From Eledone cirrhosa (Eukaryota), in contig OZ024753.1 in assembly GCA_964016885.1 (NCBI GenBank), positions 11,966,001 through 12,030,000 on the forward strand: a stretch of DNA of 64,000 nt, given 5' to 3'. Position numbers and translations under genes: made by a program. The notes below the pieces were generated by a model. It was not told the DNA's origin. It ran no database searches and saw only the letters and a list, made by a program, of their open reading frames with translations. Below are positions 54,968 through 64,000 of the stretch, piece by piece. Numbering within the stretch: the stretch's first letter is position 1; each line of letters begins with the position of its first letter.

Positions 54968-55240
54968 AAGTAAGAATATTTTCGAAACAGCGAGTAGGTT
55001 TGAAATTATTAGAAATGTAAGCTATCGCAGTATTTGGACTAAAGAAATTAAAGAAATTATTTAACCTGATAGTGGGGTTAAGAACCCTCGGATAAATGGA
55101 AAAAGATGAGTATTGACGTACATGTACGTCAATACTCATCTTTTTCCATTTCTCCGAGGGTTCTTAACCCCACTATCAGGCTAAATAATTTCTTTAATTT
55201 CTTTAGTCAAAATACGGCGATAGCTTACATTTCTAATAAT
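54968..55240. mobile_element. Fold-back element family F (about 245-bp palindrome with no spacer)
   Basis: Centre GACGTACATGTACGTC. Arms about 54995-55240 with few mismatches; short left tail. No HHR core found. Confidence 0.9.
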
Positions 55241-55391
55241 ATAATTATATATAAATATATACATACATACACACATACATATACATACACACATACATAT
55301 ACATACACACATACATATACATACACACATACATATACATACACACATACATAACATTCACACATATATATGTGCGTGTGTGCATTTACAC

Positions 55392-55423
<32 letters not shown>

Positions 55424-55729
55424 CATCTTGGTTAAGAGAGTGGGACTGGCTTTGTGCAGTGCTTTTTCTCACTATAAAAGCTTCACGGCACAGGCATTGC
55501 TTTATATCTGGAGATCTCTCTGCACTTATCGTCACATGGTTCCATGGGCCCAGCACTATGTGTCAATAATTGTCACAAGTGTAGTGTTTGTACCAGAGTT
55601 TTCAAGTCGCTGGCTGGACTAAAAAGTCACACTCGTTCAGCGCATCGGTAGGGGTTCTCCGACATGGATATAAAGTAGTGGCCGTACTCGAAAACGAGTT
55701 GGCAGCCACCATATATATATATATATATG

Positions 55730-55793
<64 letters not shown>

Positions 55794-56094
55794 GAATGTA
55801 TATACGAATGTAGCCTACTACAACATTAATACTTGAGCATTCTATTTATTACATGTATGCGTTATGTTCTGGATAATTGCCGGCCTTGTGCAAAAAGTAG
55901 TAACAATTATTAGTAACTAGCAGAATGGCCTGGCGTTGCTCGGTATTTGCTCTAGGGTTTTTATATATTTGATATATATTTATTTTTATCGAGCCTCGTG
56001 AAATAAATACGTTTGTTTATATTTTGTTATTGTGTATGCAAAAATATCTGTACACGAATATATAATCATATAAATATATATATATATATATATA

Positions 56095-56490
56095 TTAAAA
56101 TAACAGATTAAAGTTTAAGCAAAGAATCACTGCTTTCACACTTAACGGGATCTTCTGAAACTAAAAAAATCAATCTGTGAACGCAGAAAATGAATCGCTG
56201 CTTTCACCCTTAACGGACTCTTCTACCTAAAAGCAATATGAAGTTAACTAAGACTAACTGATGTAATCGTTGGCCTTGTTTGTTTATATTTTGTTTTTGT
56301 GTATGCAAAAATATCTGTACACGAATATCTATATTAAAATAACATATTGATGTTTAAGCAAAGAATCGCTGCTTTCAACTTTAACGGGATCTTCTGAAAC
56401 TAAAAAAAAAAATCAATCTGTGAACGCAGATGTAAATATTTCGAAAAACGTTGCAACCGAAGGAAAAGAGGCAGACGATACTTTTGTTCG
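56095..56490 (-). mobile_element. Tandemly duplicated family G tails with CAGAAGA HHR-like motifs (56112-56162, 56352-56400)
   Basis: Homologous to 4478-4625. Minus strand: agttt CAGAAGA tccc..t GAA AGCA..TGCT T aaact. Confidence 0.72.
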
Positions 56491-58067
56491 TGAAGACGCT
56501 CCCTGGCATCATAAGAATATATACACACACACACACACACTATATATATACATATATACACACACACACACACACTGATCGCGTCATAATGTCGCAATGC
56601 AGACAGCCAGGCATACAACAGATATTATGAAGGCGCGACGTCATATGTATGTATCTATCTAAAACGAGAAAGACTAAGAGAAAAGATGGCTAAATCGCCT
56701 AATAGGTCAGAATAATTTTAAAAATATTTTTTGCTCAAAACACTTCCGGGGCCATAGGGGTTACATGTTTAAAGTTTGAAAAAAACGGTTGGGTACTTCT
56801 CGAGTTTTAGGGAAACAGACACAGAGACAGACATCCTCTGTTTTATATATATAGATATTCAGTATATACCGTCGTTCATTCTTGTGTTAATTTATGAAAC
56901 GTCACTACTCTTGCCTGCAAATATTACATTTCGATTGTACTTAAATATTTCAACCTATTTGTTGATGTTAATAAATAAATATAAGCTCTATCCTCTTTAA
57001 TGAAGCTTTGCATATCTTGGAGATATCAAATAAAATTCATTGATTACATGGTGTCTTCGAAATAAAGATACACACATATTCATTGAGTACTATTCTGAAA
57101 ATAGGCGCATCATATATATATATATATACGCATTTATGTTAGGTGTAATTTGAAAATGCAGCTGAAGTAGGGTATATACCAATAAATATGTATGTCGACG
57201 ACTATGCTGTCAAGTTTTGTTTCTGTGGAGCGAGTGACTCCTAGTCTTCATTAAGACATCTCTCTAGGAGAAGGTCACTCTGATATAAAACCTACGACTT
57301 AGTTTGAATCCCAGGATGCAGGACAATTAGTTTTGGGCAAATGCATTCGATGTTCAGCGAGTGGGATTGGCCCTGTGAAAAGCCTTGCATCGCTTAAAAA
57401 GGCTTAAAGCACAGGCATCGTTTGATATGTGACATGTTTTTAATACATGGTATTGCTTGGCATAGACAAGTCCTTAACAGGACTAAAAAGCCACATTCGT
57501 GATGCCCATGCTTAGCTATCAAGCGATAACATTCATCGAAACCAAGGTGCAGCCATCATCATATGTATATGTATGTACGTGTGTATGTACGTATACGTCT
57601 GTGTGATGGGTGTAGTGCACGCGTCTGCGACTATTTAACTATATCTACTCAACCACAACAGAAAACTCGTTCAAACCGGATTTATTATACACATGTTTGA
57701 AATATGTATAATAAATATAACGAAAATAAATATAACGAATACTGAACATACCAACGTGACGCCCGTAGATCAAGTTTGCTATAGACTGACTTTATTTTGT
57801 GAAACCTAGTTTAAATCTGAAATATTTCATCTTGCTTCTAGTGATCGCTTATATTATAATGTCCGGCATTATTGCCATTAAAAACAGAAAGTTGCGTAAC
57901 TCTGTCTTCTTTGCCTCACAATAAATTAGTTTTGTGGTTTAAAGTCACTTAACATGCTTCAAGTTAAGTGATTAATTGATGAAACCATATTAAATGTTTC
58001 AGTACAAACATTTTCTTTTCCTTCTTCTATAAGTATACTTCTTTCGCAATGTGTATCGTTGTATATA

Positions 58068-58167
58068 TAATTGTTTCTACTTTTGGCACAAGGCCAGCAA
58101 TTACACCAGTGTATTACTGGTCCTTTATTTTATCGACCCCGTAAGGATGGAAGGCAAAGTTAACCTC
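58068..58167 (-). mobile_element. SINE family 1, 3' half
   Basis: Core and tail only. Confidence 0.85.
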
Positions 58168-59027
58168 GTATATATAATGAATTTCGTTTGAATGTAGTAT
58201 GTGACGTATGTTGAATTATTTTTCTTGATTCTAAACGTTAAGAATACAACCATGTTACAACGGTGACGAGGTCAGGTGAGTTTCTATGCTGCCGAACATG
58301 CTTAACTGTCAAGTCTAACTGGAAGTAGTGAAACGGTCCCACATCACTTTCGATGATGATTCTTACAGAAACTCTATCAACGGAATGGCCTAATCATGAA
58401 ATTAGCTATTAAACGGCTGAGCATTCAAAAGACAGGTATGTTCTTATTGTAATTCTCATATAGATTCAATGTGACACAGTATCTGACTGACATTACACAA
58501 TGAATGACGTGTAAAACTACCCAAGTTCACTCTCATGGTATAGAGTTTCTCGCCAGGGTTCTAGTAAAATGTACTTGTCCCAAATACCATGAAGTGGGGT
58601 CGAACACATGACCTAATAATTGAAAGGCTAATGTTTTAGTCACTTTCCAACAGATTTTGCGTGCGCATTGAACATGATAACTAAATAATGTATTTATACG
58701 TTTATCACATTTGGCTTATCCACCCCTGTGAACAGATTGTTTTAAGTTGTTGCTTAATTTTCCTATCTCCCTATGGGTATATGTGAATATTTGCAGGATT
58801 AAAATAGTTTTAAGCTTCGTTTAAGGCAAATGCACTGATTTATTTCCTTTAAATTCCCAAGACAAATCGGCTTCTGCTTTTGTTCTACTACGAAACCATA
58901 CTTACGTTATTAATTCACCTAGAATTAGTGTGTGAATATGTGTAGAACTGTTTAGTATTGAAAGTGTTTAGCAAACTTTGAGATGGTTTCTATGTTTTTA
59001 CTGTAAGTTAATTCCTTTGCAACAACT

Positions 59028-59083
<56 letters not shown>

Positions 59084-60207
59084 GTGTGTGTGTGTGTGTA
59101 TAGGAGAAACACATAATGGTATGATGGATGATATCTGCTCTCGTGTAATTAAGAATATATAAAAGAATTTAATATACTTTTCGAGTTCTTTAGGGAATTC
59201 TAATGAATATCATATCGAAATTATGAAGTCGTTTCCTTTTATGAAATTAAGCTGAAATAGATTATATTTAAACTCAACATAAAGACACGTATCCCCAATT
59301 TGTTTTTCTCTCGGAAGTAATGCCGATAGCGAAAAACGTGGCAAGCAGGCAGCCGTATATATCATGCACGAGCGTGATTTTTGGCTAGCTCGATGGGTGC
59401 GTCATTCGCTGTCACGCAGTTAAAGTCTGAGTTACATGACGCATATTCATTTATATACGTAAATTTAGAAATACTTTAACGTTACCCAAAATCATTATAC
59501 AGACCATTAATACGAAACCTCATTCATCCACACACACTGATTTGCTTAAATATGTTTGTACACATATAATTGTTTATCTGATACTTCAGTTGTATATTTC
59601 AAATGTTAACATCTGATTTAAACTTAAAAGTAAATACTTTTACTAAGCCTCTTTGAATTTTTATTTCATTAATTCTAACGTTTCTGTTGAAATAATGCCA
59701 TTAGACGTGTGTGATTAATGAGATTAACATTGTCTCTTATGGCGAATACATCAACATTTCAGTACATTCGTTAACACTTTCGCAAAGAAAAATATATAAA
59801 AAAAAAAATACACAACTTTACATTTATCAATGAATAAATTTCCATATTAGCAAACTTCGTATAATTTTGTAATGTTTCTGTTCATAAAAATTATTATATA
59901 GGATAGGATGTTGTGCTTCATAGTATTTATGTAACGCGAAGTGTTTCCAAGCCTCTTTTTATAAAAAGCGGCTTCGAAACACTGAACAGAGGAATGTTTT
60001 ACAGGCATGCGCATTTGACATTGCCTGTTAACGGAGTCTCAAAAAAGCCATATATAGAACAAAAAAGACCATATGATAAATGACACTACTTTACTATAGA
60101 TGACACACCTATGATTTTGTAGTCATTTCATGTATTATTTTTTTGAAGACGTTGTAATCCATTGACATATCACGCTTCCTAACCACCATAGACACTGAGC
60201 TGGCCAG

Positions 60208-60412
60208 CCGCAGGTGTGAGCCTAGTGAGATGGAATGGCTCATCCAGCGCATCTCCCTTACCATCCTCCGAGGAAACGCCTTCTTCATTCTACCCGCCGG
60301 GTCTGTGGGGAGGCCAGCACGTGAGAACCCATTTGCTCACAATACAGAGAGAGGGCGAGAGAGATGGGGGCGATGCCGGTGGGAGTTCGGCTCTTCCGTG
60401 TTCGGACACATT
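60208..60412. repeat. Third copy of the GC-rich repeat at 425-800
   Basis: CAGGTGTGAGCCTAGTGAG...CCAGCGCATCTCCCTTACCATCCT...CCCATTTGCTCAC...TTCGGCTCTTCCGTGTTCGGACACATT. Confidence 0.82.
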
Positions 60413-60929
60413 GGTAAGCACTTGGAATTTGGTTTGTTTCTTGCTACCCATCAATTGGTGACAAATTAGCAAATTAGCCTGTGTGTGCCACTGCCAGTTA
60501 TTAACTATAAGTTATCAAACCACGCCTCGTTGACCAACTGTCTCCGCTTATCTTTGTTTATGTTCCAAACACCAGCTTAATAATAAACCAAAAGTTAGCT
60601 AATTACAAGCCCTAGTCGCAATACAATTTTGCTTTTTAATCCCCATGTTATATCGATTGATTAATACGTTTTAAATACGCCTTAGCCTTAACACACCATG
60701 TAGGGTATGTCTTTATTCCTACTGAAACTGAAAGCAATATTTCTCCCTGGAGACTAGAAATATTAGTAGAGAGGGCTGTAAAATTCCGTCAAAATAAATC
60801 CGCTCAGTTGGATTAGTTATTATTAATGAACTGAAGCCAAATCTTGCTTATTGAAGAGGTAACGTATGAGGTCGTTTGATCTGCTGTAATACGTCATAAT
60901 TCACTTCTTCTTCCTAAGAGCGTCGCGGG

Positions 60930-61300
60930 GACAGTCCTTAAAGACTCCTTCGAGAGAGTCCTGTCAGAAGCAACCGTCTCCAACTGATACGGCTGGATCT
61001 CCAAGAGAAACTAGTCAAGCTCATGGATGTTATCCAAGCAGCTTACTCGGGGTCTACCCCAGGGTAGAGTCTGTCCAACGATTCTAACCACATGTCTGCA
61101 GTACCAGAGATGGAATCCCTCAATTCAGCGAAGTAGCGGCTCTACTTGTAGGGACTCTCTGATTTCCGAGTTACAGATCTGTCGAGCAATATTTCCTGAG
61201 ACATTTTAACCACATGTCTGTAATATCAGAACTGTGATCTCTCAATTCGGAGACGCAGCAGCTCTACCCGGAGTGACTCTCTGATCTCCGAGCTACACAC
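60930..61300 (-). mobile_element. RTE-like LINE 3' fragment with an internal duplication of about 120 bp
   Basis: Homologous to 30610-30860. TAACCACATGTCTG occurs at about 61086 and 61207. Confidence 0.6.
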
Positions 61301-62424
61301 TCTATCGAATTAAGGGTTAAATGAAAATTAAAATAGAATATAATAGAAAATAACAAACGACATTCCCAGCGTTCTGTTTGATCACATCTGACCTGGGATA
61401 AGCAAAAATAACAACAATGAGAAGGAAATCTTGATATCTTCTGTTCTCACTTTTGTTCTCTATAAAAAATATAAATCTCTTTAAAATATGTATTCATGAG
61501 CTAAATCTGCATTTCTGATTGCAGTACGTTCCTATCATTTCCAACGTTAATTCTATTGAGTAAAATATCAAAGACATACATTTCCATGTTACATAATTTA
61601 TCAATGTATAATTTCATATCAGCGACATAAATCTTTACGGAATTAATTTGTTTTCTTTACGCTTTTATTTTCCGTTATCATTCGCCAATTTTTCATATTA
61701 TTTATGAAAACAAAATATACAAACTAGCATATAATAGATATTCTCAAATTATACGCTGTATACATGTGGAAGTAGATTTAATATTCGCCTAATTGATAAA
61801 TATGGTGTGTTAGTTGTTAATTATTCTGTAAAGACTTATTTGATTTGTCAGCAGAAATTATTGTTACCCAGTATACGAGTGCTATTTAGATGCATAATGG
61901 AAAACTATATATCAATATATGCAGAACTGAATGGGAGAATACACTTATGTATTTTCAACGATAAATACATTGTGTAATATACTTTATCTAACGCAAAGCA
62001 TGATAATTACATTCTCATAATTCATTAGCAGAGAGGGAGAGAGAGACGCACACCCCTACCTACCTACCTACCTACCTACCTACCTTACGTAGAGGTATTT
62101 CTAATACGAAAACTTTTAGTAATATATAAATGAGACTTATTAATGTATAATGTACATGAGTATACATGTATATTATTTATAGATGTTCATTGATATTTTC
62201 ACTGTAAAGTAGACGATACAGTCGCCATTGTTGGAGGTATATTAACAATATAACATATACAATACCGATTTTGATGTGCTTCTTGTTTGATATCTGTTGT
62301 TGCTTGCATTTAATTATAGTACACGTTTTAATGCTATTTGAGCATTTTCTGGCAACCGTATCCAGTATCTACCAACAGCATATTACTATATTTCTGTTAC
62401 AGTATGTCTAGCGTTGTTATTGTT

Positions 62425-62727
62425 TTTATATTTGGTACAAGGCCAGAAATTATCCCAGTGCATTACTGGTACTTTATTTTAGCGACCCAGTAAGCGTTGT
62501 TATTAATAACATAATGGTTTCTGATTTAGGCACAAGGCTATCATATTGGGAGAGGGGGAAGTCGATTAATGGACCTCAGTGCATTATTGGTGCTTTATTT
62601 ATCGACCCCATGAGGATGAAAGGCAAAGCTACCCTCGACAGGGTTTGAACTCAGAAGTTAAACGGGCTTAACTATATGGGGCAAAGCATGCTGTCCGACG
62701 TTCTACTGATACTCCCAATCCAACGCG
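62425..62727 (-). mobile_element. SINE family 1 (tail fragment 62425-62493 and full copy 62515-62727)
   Basis: Consensus match. Confidence 0.85.
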
Positions 62728-62779
62728 TTATTTTTTAAGGCTCCACACGGTCACCAATGACTGTAGTTTTCCACCTAGA

Positions 62780-63070
62780 AAGTTTCCCTCCGAGAATCCA
62801 TCTCACAACTTCTCACGTGCAAGCACGAAGCCACGCGCCTTCATTTCCTAGGTGAGAAGAGAGAGAGAGAAGACCCCCTTTGCTCTCGAATGCCCATGGG
62901 ATTTGCACCTACAAAGTTTCCCTCCATGAATCGATCTCACAACTTCTCAATTCCAAGCCCGATACTTTAACCACGAAGCCATGCGCCTTCATCATTTCCT
63001 AGGTGAGGAGAGAGAGAGAAGACCCCCTTTGCACTCGAATGCCCATGGGATTTGCACCTACAAAGTTTCT
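62780..63070. repeat. Local duplication of about 130-160 bp containing a minus-strand SINE head
   Basis: CACGAAGCCA.GCGCCTTCAT...GGGATTTGCACCTACAAAGTTTC occurs twice. Confidence 0.8.
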
Positions 63071-63189
63071 CTCCGTGGCATAAGTCCGGGCAAGGTTGTT
63101 TATGGAAGACCAACAGTCACCCGTACATTCCCGCCTACCCTCTTCAGGCCAACGATGATGTCCAAGGGAAAGGCTATGGCTGATACAAT

Positions 63190-64000
63190 TGTTATTGCTG
63201 TTGTTCTTGTAGTCGTTTGTATTTTTGTTGCTGCTGATGCAATATGTATTGTTGTTGTTATTGTATTCTTGTTATATATGTTATTGTTTTCATATTATTG
63301 TTGTTGTTTTCATATAGTTGTCGTTGTTGTAGTGATTTGTATTGTTGTAGTTGCTGATGCTGATAGTATTATGTTTGTTGTAATATTGTTGTTGTTATTG
63401 TCATGTTTTGTTGTGTGTTGTAGTTGCTGTTGTCATGTTTTGTTGTTGCTGTTGTTGGCATGTGCGCTGTAGGTTGTTGTTGTTAGTTGTATTGTAGTTG
63501 TTGTTGTTCTCATGTGTTGTAGTTGATGTTGTTGTTTGTGCTGTAGTTGTTGTTGTTATTTGTACTTTAGTTGCTGTTATGTGTTGTAGTGGCTGTTGTT
63601 GTTTGTGCTGTAGTTGCTGTTATTTGTGCTGTAGTTGCTGTTGTTATTTGTGTTGTAGTTGCTGTTGTAATTTGTGCTGTAGTTGTTGTTGTTGTTGTTT
63701 GTGTTGTAGTTGCTGTTGTTATTTGTGCTGTAGTTGATTTTATTTGTGCTGTAGTTGCTGTTGTTGTTTGTGTTGTAGTTGCTGTTGTTGTTTGTGTTGT
63801 AGTTGCTGTTGTTATTTGTGCTGTAGTTGTTGTTATTTGTGTTGTAGTTGTTGTTGTTATTTGTGCTGTAGTTGCTGTTTTTATTTGTGCTGTAGTTGTT
63901 GTTATTTGTGTTGTAGTTGCTGTTGTTATTTGTGCTGTAGTTGCTGTTTTTATTTGTGCTGTAGTTGTTGTTATTTGTGTTGTAGTTGCTGTTGTTATTT
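63190..64000. repeat. (GTT)n-derived satellite, unit about TGTGCTGTAGTTGCTGTTGTTATT
   Basis: Direct inspection; runs off the end of the window. Confidence 0.95.

Noticed and set aside
62981-63737. Hydrophobic or Cys-rich (metallothionein-like) ORFs
   Set aside because: They derive from a SINE fragment running into a (GTT)n-based satellite.

Overview
AT-rich, repeat-saturated, apparently non-genic animal DNA. The SINE content and very long (TA)n/(CA)n/(CT)n tracts resemble octopus (coleoid cephalopod) genomes; this is an inference, not a database match. No intact protein-coding gene is supported, and most listed ORFs are microsatellite artefacts. Ordinary content: about 25 copies of one tRNA-derived SINE, a second SINE family, decayed RTE, CR1/L2 and R4/Dong LINE pieces, two non-autonomous Helitrons, a mariner-like relic and several minisatellites. 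Main signal: about 20 short, non-coding fold-back (inverted-repeat) elements or fragments from roughly 8-10 sequence families, nearly all inserted in (TA)n. Most families carry a type I hammerhead ribozyme (HHR) motif, folded here by eye, often mirrored on both strands. The motifs show covarying stems, palindromic minimal stems III and atypical cores (U3:A8, A4, U-U closing stem II). The architecture fits non-autonomous Penelope-like (PLE) pseudo-LTR derivatives; ribozyme activity is untested. Family letters A-H are my own labels and element boundaries are approximate.
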